A DNA stretch of 64,000 nucleotides, from positions 62,001 through 126,000 of the forward strand of contig OZ025723.1 in the NCBI GenBank assembly GCA_964019335.1. The letters are read 5' to 3'. This document shows, one piece after another, positions 1-11,700 of this stretch. Position 1 is the first letter of the stretch, and every line of letters begins with the position of its first letter. A program made the position numbers and the translations under genes. The notes beneath the pieces are model-generated. The model did no database searches. It was not told the DNA's origin and worked only from the letters and a program-made list of their open reading frames with translations. The stretch is from Diplonema japonicum. Its lineage: Eukaryota > Protista > Euglenozoa: Diplonemea.

Positions 1-3000
1 TGCAATGCGAACAACGCTTGTAAGTGCCTAGAAAGTGTCACTCAGGGGTATTGGGCAGGCACCATTTGCGAGCGTTGTAAAGAAGGCTACCGTGGTGTTG
101 AATGCAAAGACAGAAACTTGTTAGCAACCCAGCTGCCACAAGCGAAGTGCAAGGGAATTGGTTGCCCTGTTGGGAACTGGTCTGTGGGCACACCAATCCC
201 CCCAGTGATCCACACGCTGGACCCTGTGAACAACGCTGTCATCGCAGGGGGGTACCCTTTGTACACAGTGCTGAACGGCGACAGTTCTCCGAAGCAGCTT
301 CCTATTCCCGCTGTGTGCCCTGGGGATCCGGGACCTGTGCTGTTCCTGCATATTTTTGAAGGAGTAATGTACACCGTGGTAAGCTGCGTGGGGAAGCCGG
401 AACCAATCCTTGCAAAATGCAACTGGGTAGATGTCGGGGGCGAAGGTCGTCCGCAGGGGTGCAACACCGACTCGTCGAACACGTTCCCAGGCAACGAGGC
501 TTTCGAATCCGGCGTGGGGGTGGGGCATCGACTGTTCCTCGCCTTCCAGACTACCGTCCACGTTGCTGAGCAGGGCGTGAAGGTCGCGACTACAATCGTG
601 CACCCCTTCTCCATCATCTACTCTGTGGGGTTTTTAGGAGGGAACCTCCTCATCGGCGGGAAGACGTCGGTGGGGTGGGATGTCATCGTGGCAAAAGTTG
701 ACACACCAACATTGCCTGCGGCCATCACTGCGTGGTCCGTCCGTGACTTGGCTCCGATTTATGCAGACCAGGAAACAGGGCATATGGTGTGTGGCACCAC
801 TGTGCGCGAGTGGTTCCAAGGACAGAACTGCACACAGAACAGTGACTACTCATACGCCGCCTTCATCGTCACCTACTCCACAACGGCACTCATTGCACTG
901 CAGGGTGATTACGACAACGTAGCCCTCCTGAGGGTCGACATGCAAACTAACCTCATGCGATCCATCGCCATTGTGAACAATGTGCTCCCCGGCAGGATCC
1001 GCGGCATGACGGTTGACGAGCCTGGTGACCAAGCTTTTCTGAGTTTCGTGCCTGATTCGAGACCTGAGGGATCGCTGTACAGGGTGCAGCTGTCGAACCT
1101 CTTGATACGGGGCGTTACTCAGATAGCTGAAGGTAATCAGCTACTCTACTCAATGCTTGTGCAAAACAGCGAAAGACTCCTGTGGGCAATTGCTTCTCTC
1201 ATGGACGTGGTTCTTGTCCCCTTTTTACTTCACGCAACTGACAGGATCACACCATACCTCAGCCACGTACAGGGCGGCACTAGACTCGCTGTTACTGGAA
1301 TAGGCTTCGTCGGTGAGGAGGCACCTCTTTGCAAAATAGGCAACAGCACGGTACCTGCCACTATTTACAACAGCACTGAAGTGCTGTGCGTCACAGAGCC
1401 GAGCGCATCGTGTGTCTTCGAAGATGTGTCCTTGTCCCTGCGTGACAATAAGTACGCACACGACCCCTTCTTGAAGGTGCGCAGGGTCGCGATGCCCGTC
1501 ATCACTGCCGTCATCGACGACATGACGCCCAAGGTGCTGGGCACCGACATCAACGTGCAGGGCAAGGGCTTCATCCCTTCCGAGTTCGCGAAATGCTCGT
1601 ACTCCTATATCACGAACTCATCGCGCACGTCGCCCGCCAGCATCATCGCAACACCTAACGGGCTGATGTGCCAGAACCCCATCACAAGCCCCAAGGGGAT
1701 CAGTGTCTCCCTCGACGGCCATGTCTTTTCTGAAGAGTTTCTCTTCCAGCGCGATCCCACCCTCATAGTTACGAACACGACGTCTGTTAACACCACGATG
1801 ACCATCAGGTCGGCGGAACGCTCGATGCTGGACCCCATCACTGTGGAAATGGCTGATGAACACTTGAATCTCGCGAAGATGCGTGACCCTGTGAACCACA
1901 CCGTAGCCATCGAGCTCACAGGACAGGGCGTGGGCGTTGGCTCGCCCTTGAAAGCTGAGGACAGCTGTCTGGACCCCGTGACAGGGAAGCCTACCATGGG
2001 GACGGTTGATGGGGTGGCATCGTTTTGCGACATGTGGTTCGAGAAGCCTCTTAAGGGGGTTGCGTATCTCAGAGTGTACGACGTCGCTGGTGTGTTGGAA
2101 AATGCAACGGTCATCGTGGTCGTGGACCCTGGCCTACCGCACAGCCTCAGCCCCCCGGTGCTAAGCTCTTCCGAGCTAGCGGAGGGTGACACCATCAGCT
2201 CGTCCCTGAACGTGCTGGACATCGCTGGGAATGTGGTCAGTGACGGAGGGAGGGTGTCAGCAAGATTCGTGCAGGAGGCCGGTGCTTACTACGAAGCAGT
2301 AGAGCCCACCACGGACTACGCCCCCATCGCTGAGTTTATCACATACGAGGGTTTAAATGTAGTACCAATGGTGGCCTACACAGCAGCCGCCATTGCCGAC
2401 AACGACACCACCACAACATGGACCTGCACCCCACAGGGGGTCGTTCTCGGCAGCGCTTCTGGCAACCCGTTCTTTTTGGACAACTACGTCATCAAGGTGA
2501 GCCCCACGACAAGCCTCCTCAGATGGACGCTGGAAGGCTCTGAGGACAACACCACATGGTTCGACGTCGATGACAAGACTGTCTATGACACCAATGACAC
2601 ACTGCAGATACAGTACGACCCCGTGGGCACGGCAGTGACCTACCTGAGACTCAAGGTCGTCAAAGGAGTGGACAGGGGACAGGTAGGGACCAACGAAGAC
2701 GGGACGTACACCTTTGGAGACATGAGTCTTACCAGCATGCTGCACGAAGCTAAGTACAGGATACGGTACCTGTGCGAGGGGTTGAACGTGTCGACTGCGG
2801 ACTCGAATGTGCTGATGACACCGTTGTGCAAAAGCCGAAACGCAGTTGACTACTATCAGCCGGAGGGCACAGGGCGGTGCGATCCGTGCCCCGCGAATGC
2901 CCAGTGCAACGGCACTTCCATTGTTATCGCAAAGGACGGGTACTGGCGCTACAGCAACTTGACAATGTCCTTCTACGAGTGTCCTTTGAAGGAAACCTGC

Positions 3001-4959
3001 AAGCCGACATCGTGCTCTGACAACAGTCAAGGCGTGTTGTGCGCGGATTGCAAACTGGGATGGGGCAGGGACTTCCTAGAACGGCAGTGCACAAAGTGCG
3101 GCGGCTACGTGATCTACAGCATTGTCTTCGGACCATTGGTGTGTGCCATGATCTTGGTCGGGTGGATGGTGGCACACATCTTCCAAGTGGGTGTTTTCAT
3201 CCAGGTGTTGGGTCGCATCCTTATCGACCACTCGCAGCTGCTCAGCAGCCTTGCCCATGTGGAGCTATCGTTCCCGCACAACCTGCGGACCTTCTTCAAG
3301 ACGATGAGCGTGCTGTCGCTGGATATGAAGAACTACCAAGAGTTCGACTGCTACATGAGAGAGCAGGACTTCACGAGTTTGGACTTTTTCCTTGTCTCGA
3401 TGGCGATACCGTTGGTGGCGTTGCCGATAGCGGCGGTCGTGTGGGTTATCCATGCGGTGTGGGTGAAAAGAAAGTCCCGCACCTTCTCAGGAAGGGTTCT
3501 CAGCGAACGGGAGAGGTATCTGCACGACCTCAGCCCTGGCGCGGATCAGCCGCACGACGGGTGGATCGATCAGGTGGAAGACGTACAGTACTCGAAGAAG
3601 GGGCTGGTGAAGACCACCACTGTGCAGATCCTACTCATGACGTGCTCATCTGTTGTGTATCTACTGTACGCAATGTTGGTGCGGAAGGCTGCTGATGTCT
3701 TGGACTGCATTGAGGTGGAGTCCATCGCACCATGCGAGGCCAACTCCACAGAGCTTCCTGTCGGGTGCATCATCGGAGGAGAGACAGTGAACTACCTGAA
3801 GTCCGACCCACAAATCGAGTGCGACGGCTCATACAGCAAGTACAAGGCCGTCGCCATCCTGTTCCTCGTTGTCTACACGGTGGTGGTGCCTGCAGCACTC
3901 TTCACAGGCGTAAAAGTGTACAGGTCGTGGTACGGCAACGACGTCGCTGCTATGGCCTTTCCCTTCTTCTCAGGTGGGTACCGCGCGCTCTTCAGCGGGT
4001 GGGGCATCGTCGTCCTTCTCAGGAAGTATATCACAGTGCTGATCATCGTCTTCGCCAGAGATGTGAACCTGCGGGCATACCTCCTCACGTGGCTTGTCAT
4101 CATCGTCGCCATGCTGCAGGTCATCGTGCAACCCTTCACAAACACAACCCATAATATGCTGGAAGGGTTGTGTCTCCTGGTCTTGGTTCTGGACCTCAAC
4201 CTTGGGTTGTTCTTCCTCATTGAGGAAGACGAAAACTTAGAGTACAAGGAAGTGCTGTCCGTAGTAACACTGGTCTTGAACATCCTTCTGGTGGTGTGCA
4301 TTGTGGGTGCTATGTTGAAGAAGTTAGTCGACATTTGCATCGCGAAAAACAAAGCGAAGAACAAGTCAAGCAAGTGGGAGATGGTGTCGAAAGAGTTCGG
4401 GGTGCAATTGTTGGAGATGGAACCCGGTGAGCTGCCCGAGGATGTAGAAGAGGACAACACTGCACCCCCGCTGACGGAAATGAGGTACGGCGGGAACGCA
4501 GAGGTGGTTGTCGCAATGGGTGTGGACTGCGTGATGCTGGGGGACCATGTAATACAACTCGAGAACCTCATTAATGCTGATGCAGATGGGAAGGATTTGG
4601 TGTTAAACACAGCAGGTGGGTTAGTGGTGCTGCAGAGTGGCTCTGCGTTAACGGCATCATCGTGGGCTGCTTACCTCATGCGTCGGATAGAAGTGCAACG
4701 TCCTCTTGTCACGCTGCCTCCTGTTCTCCTGGAGGCACCCCTCGACGAAGGTGTTAAGCCTCAAGAGGATAAGCCCTCATCCTCTTTCGAAGATTCTCTT
4801 GAAAACTTCTCCTCTGCCCCGCTAACTACACTTCCTTCCACTGTAACTGTGAACGGCAGCGAAGAGGGGCAGAAACAATCACCTCTCCTCCCGCCGAAAC
4901 TTCACGAAAGCGAGGGCAGCCATGCTACCGCCACCGATCGAGACGAGATCCTGTCGTAG
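1..4959 (+). CDS. 5'-partial large surface receptor-like protein: EGF/laminin-like Cys repeats, IPT/TIG-like domains, Cys-rich juxtamembrane region, multi-pass TM region, PH-like cytoplasmic tail
   Basis: Frame is open from base 1 (CNANNACKC...GYWAGTICERCKEGYRGVECK), so the gene starts upstream. IPT-like GGTRLAVTGIGF...CKIG...EVLCVT; Cys-rich CDPCPANAQC...GYWR...FYECP...GVLCADC; about 9 hydrophobic segments; TAG at 4957-4959 followed by A-rich spacer. Confidence 0.8.
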   Translation, partial: CNANNACKCLESVTQGYWAGTICERCKEGYRGVECKDRNLLATQLPQAKCKGIGCPVGNWSVGTPIPPVIHTLDPVNNAVIAGGYPLYTVLNGDSSPKQLPIPAVCPGDPGPVLFLHIFEGVMYTVVSCVGKPEPILAKCNWVDVGGEGRPQGCNTDSSNTFPGNEAFESGVGVGHRLFLAFQTTVHVAEQGVKVATTIVHPFSIIYSVGFLGGNLLIGGKTSVGWDVIVAKVDTPTLPAAITAWSVRDLAPIYADQETGHMVCGTTVREWFQGQNCTQNSDYSYAAFIVTYSTTALIALQGDYDNVALLRVDMQTNLMRSIAIVNNVLPGRIRGMTVDEPGDQAFLSFVPDSRPEGSLYRVQLSNLLIRGVTQIAEGNQLLYSMLVQNSERLLWAIASLMDVVLVPFLLHATDRITPYLSHVQGGTRLAVTGIGFVGEEAPLCKIGNSTVPATIYNSTEVLCVTEPSASCVFEDVSLSLRDNKYAHDPFLKVRRVAMPVITAVIDDMTPKVLGTDINVQGKGFIPSEFAKCSYSYITNSSRTSPASIIATPNGLMCQNPITSPKGISVSLDGHVFSEEFLFQRDPTLIVTNTTSVNTTMTIRSAERSMLDPITVEMADEHLNLAKMRDPVNHTVAIELTGQGVGVGSPLKAEDSCLDPVTGKPTMGTVDGVASFCDMWFEKPLKGVAYLRVYDVAGVLENATVIVVVDPGLPHSLSPPVLSSSELAEGDTISSSLNVLDIAGNVVSDGGRVSARFVQEAGAYYEAVEPTTDYAPIAEFITYEGLNVVPMVAYTAAAIADNDTTTTWTCTPQGVVLGSASGNPFFLDNYVIKVSPTTSLLRWTLEGSEDNTTWFDVDDKTVYDTNDTLQIQYDPVGTAVTYLRLKVVKGVDRGQVGTNEDGTYTFGDMSLTSMLHEAKYRIRYLCEGLNVSTADSNVLMTPLCKSRNAVDYYQPEGTGRCDPCPANAQCNGTSIVIAKDGYWRYSNLTMSFYECPLKETCKPTSCSDNSQGVLCADCKLGWGRDFLERQCTKCGGYVIYSIVFGPLVCAMILVGWMVAHIFQVGVFIQVLGRILIDHSQLLSSLAHVELSFPHNLRTFFKTMSVLSLDMKNYQEFDCYMREQDFTSLDFFLVSMAIPLVALPIAAVVWVIHAVWVKRKSRTFSGRVLSERERYLHDLSPGADQPHDGWIDQVEDVQYSKKGLVKTTTVQILLMTCSSVVYLLYAMLVRKAADVLDCIEVESIAPCEANSTELPVGCIIGGETVNYLKSDPQIECDGSYSKYKAVAILFLVVYTVVVPAALFTGVKVYRSWYGNDVAAMAFPFFSGGYRALFSGWGIVVLLRKYITVLIIVFARDVNLRAYLLTWLVIIVAMLQVIVQPFTNTTHNMLEGLCLLVLVLDLNLGLFFLIEEDENLEYKEVLSVVTLVLNILLVVCIVGAMLKKLVDICIAKNKAKNKSSKWEMVSKEFGVQLLEMEPGELPEDVEEDNTAPPLTEMRYGGNAEVVVAMGVDCVMLGDHVIQLENLINADADGKDLVLNTAGGLVVLQSGSALTASSWAAYLMRRIEVQRPLVTLPPVLLEAPLDEGVKPQEDKPSSSFEDSLENFSSAPLTTLPSTVTVNGSEEGQKQSPLLPPKLHESEGSHATATDRDEILS

Positions 4960-5737
4960 AGGGAGAAAAAAAAAGAAGAAGAAAGAAACCAAAAAAAAAA
5001 AAAAAAAAAAAAACCCGGCGTTCAGTTGCTGGAAGCACCTTCTTTCCCCCCCTTTTTTTGTTTCATCTTTCCCCTTCGGTGCCTTTTTCTCTTCTCCCCC
5101 CTTTTATTATTATTATTTTTTTTTTTTTTTACCCTTTTCGCCGTACGTTTTTATCTTTGTCACACAGATTTTTTTCTCTTTTTTTAAGAGCTGTAGTTTG
5201 TCTTTTTTTTCTTTTTTTTTTTCCGTTTCTGAACACGCACCCACGCAACGAACAAAGGCAAGAGGAAGAAAGGAAACCGTCGGACTTAATTTAAAAAAAA
5301 GTCAATAAATAGAATCGAGAATGATAATATTTTTTTAAAAAAAAGGGGGGGAGAGAGAGGGAGAAGGTTTTTTTTTTCCTAACCTCTTGGTAGGAATGTT
5401 ATACTCAGTGCTCTTATTGTTTTTCTTTTTTTCCAATTTTGTCACCCCCCCCCCCCCCACCACCATCCACAGGTGTAAGATAAAAAAATATTAGCGGGGG
5501 GGGTTCCAATACATTACAAAGAAGAAATGTGCATGTAAGCAAGAAAGGAAAACGACAAAAAAAAGGAGATCTTAGTTAGTTAGGTTTAGTTACGTTTCGA
5601 TTGCAAAAAAAAAAAGAGGAGAAAAGAGGAGAGCACACAACAACACCCAACCAATAGAAGAAGAAGAAGAAGTTTAAAAAAAAGAAAAAAGAAAAAAAAA
5701 ACAAAGCACACGTTAACAAAAAAGAGAGGAAAACAAA

Positions 5738-8700
5738 ATGAAGGGGTTCACAGCTTTTGTAAGAGAACCACCAAGTGAGAACTCATCGTGGTTTAGCCTT
5801 GGAAAGAAAGAGAAGACAAAGAACTACGTGGTGACAGGAACGTCAGGCCAACGGGCATTGGACGATCTACAGGTGACACCTGAGCAAGCCAAAACCACAC
5901 CTGATGTTGATAATGTTATGACTGAGAAGGTGAACCCCGAGAAGCAGCTGACATCTGGTGACAGCTTTGGAGCCCGACCTCCAGAGCGAGAGAGGTGGCG
6001 GCGCAACACACAGAAGACCAAGATGAAGGAGTGGTGGGTCGCAGATAACATGGCGAAGCAGTGTTACGAGTGTCGTTCCACATTCAGCGTCCTCACCCGC
6101 CGGCACCACTGCAGGGTCTGCGGGCAGATCTTCTGCTGGAAATGCTCTGCAAACTTCCTTCCTGGCGAGCGCCTTGGTTTCTCTGAAGCATCCCTGCGTC
6201 TCTGCGTGTGCTGCTACGCCATGTGGCAGGCCGACAAGGGTAACCGCCCGACCGCCACCGCCGGCACCCTCTCCAGCAAGGCGCAAGGCATTGCACGCCA
6301 AGCCACCAGGCAGCGTTCTATATCCGACACACGCACCAGCCACTCACCCTCCCGGAATGACATGGAGCGCGACAACGCCTCCCTCAACGGGTCCATCAAG
6401 CGGCTTCCGCTTAGCAAGACCGATACATCATGGGACGTTAGGAAGTCCCCTGCGTACTCCTTTACTCCTGATACACTGAAGGGCAAAGTAGTTAACTCTT
6501 CTGTCTGCGAGCCGACCCCGCAGCCCGACTGGGACGCCGGCTCCGACGACCTTGCTGCCGACGAGACCGCCAAGTCCGAGACGGCCGAGTGGACCATCGA
6601 GGACGCGGAGTCATCCTTCCTCACGCACCGCGTGGGTGCCGACAACAAGAAGATGATGGCCTGGCGCAACAAGGTGGGCGACCTAGTCGAGGAAAGGCTG
6701 CGCAGGGAGACCAATGCTACCGCTGCGAAGGAAAATTCAGGAGAGACGTTTGGCATGATATGCCCCGTGATGGAGCTGCCAGATGCACCCAACTTGCTGG
6801 ACGAGACGCACAACAACGAGGGCGATGAGTGCACCAAGGCGTGGGATACTCTTGAAGAAGCGGCACATAAACACCTGAAGTGTCTAGTGTACAGGCTCCT
6901 TGCAGACCTCATCGTCACAGGGACCGACACTCGGGGGGGTTCTCAGCCTACTGACGACAAGTTGCTTGCTATGGTGCAGCACCTCAAGCCTATCATTAGT
7001 CGTGCGCTTTGGGCAAAGTCCCTCAGAGCTAACACAGCACCAAAACTGAAGCCAGCGATACCTCCTGCCCTGGTATCGCCCAGAGTGGACAATCAGCTGG
7101 GTCCTCCTGAAGACTGTCAGTACTATGCTAGCTCTGCTGCTGCGTCTGTGGCGGGAGCCTTGCTAGGCCAGACCATTGACAACCAGCATGACTTGGACAT
7201 GGCTGTGATCGAGGCGGTGCGGCGGAGGCCTGACAACAACCCTGAGAGCATCGTGGAGCTGGTGCTGGGGAGCCCGAAGATCTCGGTCTGCATCAGCAAG
7301 AACAGAAAGGTCTTGAACGCCAGGTGCTTCGAAAACAAATTTATAAATTCGCACGGGAGGTCCTTCGTGCTTTCCGATGCCATCGATTGGGTGAAGAACG
7401 AGTACACTGTGGGCGATGAGGAAGCGACGGAGGGGCTGGCCTTGCTGTACAAGCGCAACGTGATCGCTTGCGAGCTGCGGAACGAACCAGAGCAGCTGGA
7501 GCGACGCATAAGGATAGGTGGCAACGAGGGTGAACTGACCCTCAGCAGGCAGTACCGGATCATCAGGGACGGGCATCTTGTAGACGACGACAGTCTCACG
7601 CACGAAGACTACCTGGAGATGCTTGCAGGGTTCAGGGAGCATGCTTTTGAAGACGACGCAAAGACCGTAGATGCAAAGCAGTGGACACAGGTGATCTGCA
7701 GGCTTGCGTGGAAAGCAGCGAAGACAGTATTCCCCTCTGTGTGGCGCGACAAGGACGAGTTCATGGACATCCGCGAATACATCAAGGTTATCAAAGTAGA
7801 GGGCGGTGATCCTTGGGAAAGCGAATATGTGTGCGGCTCCGTAGTTCCCGGTAACTTAGCCAACCGTAAGATGCCTGGCGATATCAGCAACCCGCGTGTC
7901 CTGCTCGTGGGGGACCACATCGACTACGAGCCCACAACGGTGGTCACAGACTTCGCGTCGCTAGTGCAAAGCAAAAAGGACGGCAACATCGTAATGAAGG
8001 AGAATGACGGGTCGTGGTTGGAGGTTCTTGCCAACAAGGTTAAGTTGATGAACCCCGACCTTGTTCTAGTGGAGCACTCTGTCAACCTTCGTGTGCAGGA
8101 GCAGCTGTGCGAGTCGGGCATCGCCCTTGCTACCTCTGTGTCCCCCAAGGCCCTCATGCGCGTCCGCAAGACCACACACGCATCTATCGTGCACCATATT
8201 GCCAGAATCCCTACTAGCTACCTGCAAGCGGCAGCAGAAGACACCAGTACCCACACTGACGCCCCAAAGCTCGGGAAATGTAAAGGTTTCACCATGAAAC
8301 GTGTCGGCGGCAAGTCTTTGATGTATATTTATGGCGGAGATGTTGAGAAGGGGTGCGCCGTCGTGCTGCGCGGTGCCAGTACCGCTGTTCTGAGAAGGTT
8401 GAAGGAGGTGCTGAAGTTCGCCGCGTTCATGGCGCACAACCTTGTGCTGGAGACTAATTACTTCGAAGATGCTAAGGGGTACCTCATGCCGGGCACGACG
8501 CAGCCGTGTGACCCGTTGGACTCAGGGTTCGAAGGGGTACGCGACAACACTGGGCTGCTGTCCTCCTCGCTGTGTGTTGACTTCCAGATACCAGACCTGC
8601 TGACAGCGAAGAGGAAGCGGCACGACGACGATGAGAAACATGCGGAAGCGGCATCTAGTGAGCCAAGGCAGTCTGTCGTGTCGGAAGTAGAAGACCGATC

Positions 8701-11700
8701 GATGCTGTCCATCCCTCATATGGACTCTATCGCAAGCCTGCAGTCTCAAGAAGAACCTAAAGACAAGAAAGACAAGACTTCCCCCGAGAAGAAACGGGAA
8801 CAGCTCCTGACGCTCTGCCGCGATCTTGGCTACTTGAACCCGCTGTGCCACCAGTCCATCCTTGTCCACCATACCATCACGAGGGTCAGCGCACATCCGA
8901 GTGGTCTGAAGCCTGCCATGTCCGATGACTTCAGGGACCGTGGGCACTCTATCTTCAGCGATATGATCCAAGACAGAAAGCACTCTATTGCAGGTCATGT
9001 CAACACCAGCAGTGGCGCGCATCTCAGCGGGAAGTCTTCGGGTGGGCAGCTCTCAATGTCGACAAAGGACCTCGCTTCGCAGGCCCACCAGTTTGGGCAT
9101 CTTGGGAACCAACGGGACGTCGTAGATGAGCACAACCCGCATCAGTCCTTCGAGAAGCAGGAGCGCAACGACAGCACGCTGCGCATGCCGGGTGACACCT
9201 CGAGGGAGTTCAAAAAGCTGCTGATCGAGTACTACAAAATAGGGAGGAACAAAGGGTCTGACATCCCGTTGGTGTTTTACCTTGCCGAACATTTCAGCTT
9301 GGCATCGACCCCTGGAACAAGCCTCCCAACCAGGCAGTACTCACACAACAAGGGGCGCCTCACGGTGGTGGCTGAACGCGTCACCGACGACGAATTCTAC
9401 AGTGATTACGTGCTGATGTGGACATACTGCAAGATATGCAAGAGGAACGTGTCCCCACGGGTGGAGTGCAGTAGATACACTCTGAGCTACAGCTTCGGGA
9501 AATTCTTGGAGACGTCCTTCTACAACTTCAAAGTAGTGTCAAGGGCGTGCAACCACAGTGTGCACGGCGACTTGATCAGGTGCTTCGGGCAGACGGTCTC
9601 TGACGGGCACAATTCAGTGAATGTGCAGGTGAAGTTTGAGTACGTACCTGTTGAGGTGTACACGTTGGAGTTCCCTGAGCTGGAGCTGCACTATGATGCC
9701 ACGCTCTTCAACAACTTCGTAACGTCAGAGTTCAATGACCTGCTGCTGTCTGTGGAGGAGGGGTACAAGAACATCAGTGACGCGATAGACGAAATGGAAG
9801 GATACCAGCGCGAAGTGGGCCTCGATGAGACTGACGACAACAACGCACTTCGTCAACGTCTCAACAAGGAGAGCAAGGCTCAGATCGAGTCTGCCCAAGC
9901 CTACCAGAACGAGCTTTGCGCTGCCACTGTGATGGACATGAATGCCATGCGGAAGGATCTCCACGCGGCCCTTCAAGGCTGGGGCAAGGAGATATCCGAG
10001 AAATGGCTCGCAGCACGTGCTGCCGACGAAAAAACGCCTAAACCCAAATCCAAGTGGAGAGACATGCTCAGGAGAGAGGAGAACAACGAAAAGGGTTCGA
10101 AACCCACCCACCAACACTGCCTGAGCAATCTAGCTGACGGCTTAGCTGACCTTAAACTCCATACTGACAGCGAAAGCTGTACTGTCGACAAGCTAATGAG
10201 CGCTCTCGCTGCACTTGAAAAAGATGTTCTAGCAAGTGACGAAGCTTCAATCGCACCGACACGTAACGAGGACCCTTCCAGCCCCCTGCTGTTGCCACCG
10301 CCGCCCTCATCCCCCTCCCTGTCGTCGCTTACGCCTACCCCGGCAGGAGGTGGTGAACTGATCATAAGCAACACCGTTGTCGCGCCACTGCCAGCAAGTC
10401 TTCAGTTTGGGCATAGCCAGAAACGAGGCGCCAGCCTCCCACAGCTGCCATCGCTCATCCAAAGCCTCCCCGCCTGGAAACAAGACGAGCTTAAGAGCAA
10501 CAGCTCTGGCATGTCACCGCCCCAGACAATGGAGCCCTCTTGCTCAGGCGGATTGAGCCCCCAGCCTACTACGGACACTAGCTGTCTCGAAGAATCGCCG
10601 CCTTCACTTAAGAGCCCCATGCATTCAGCAGCTGGGGACCGCAGGACGCACAGCATGGACTTTGAAGGGCTGGGAGGCGAGAGGCCACTTGTGTCGCAGG
10701 TCAGGAAATCCTTATCAGGGCAGAAGCAGAAGTTGGCGAAGGAGATTCCGCAGCCCAAGTTGCCTGCAAACATGTCGAGTCCGGGTGTGCTCGTGAACCT
10801 GGCGACGGGTGTAGAGGACTTGACGGTGATCGTGCGTCTGGATGAACCCACGTCCGTGATCGCGTACACCTTGTGCAGCGAGCAGTACAAGCGGGCCTGC
10901 CAGCCTATCACGCCGCCCTCGTCACCGCTGAGGAACCACAAATCGCCTTACCTGTTCAGGGGGGCTCCCGTAGGGTCTCTCAGTACTACGACGCCGCCCG
11001 ACACACCCGCGAACAACTCAGGGAAGCAGCTCGGAGACCACCCAGGGTCGCCGCAGCTACCCACACCCATGGATGCAAGCATCGATGACAAAATGGAAAC
11101 TGTGTCCCTGCCCTGCCAGATCGAGGACCCGTTCACAAGGCAGAAAACGTTTGAAGGGGCGTCCCCCGAGTTCTTCCCTTCGGCGCCGCCTATGGAAGCA
11201 GCGCAGCAACCCCCCCCGACACAGAAGAACACCAGACAACAAGATATTGACAACCTGCTTGAAGTGTTGGGCGAGAAGATGCGCAGGGTGGAGATCAAGG
11301 AGTTCGAGGAAGTGACTGCAGGCCCCGACCCGAAGACAACGCACTTGAGGTTCGCGTGCAACGTGCTGTGCGCAAGACAGTTCGCAGCGCTGAGGCAATT
11401 CTACTGCAAAGGCGACGAGTCGACGTTCATAGCATCCCTCAGCAGGTGCATGGCCTTCGCCCCGACTGGCGGCCGCACAGGGGCTAGCTACTATATGACA
11501 CGTGACAGCAGGTACGTGTTGAAGGCTATCAAAACAGAGGAAATGCAGCACTTCGAACAGACAATGTCAAAGAAGTACTTCGAGTACATAGCGCGTGCCA
11601 TCAGGAAGAGGATGCCCACACTGCTGACCAAGATCATGGGCGTGTTCAAGATCACAATAGTATCCAACGGGACACCAACGCACACCAACTGGCTGCTGAT

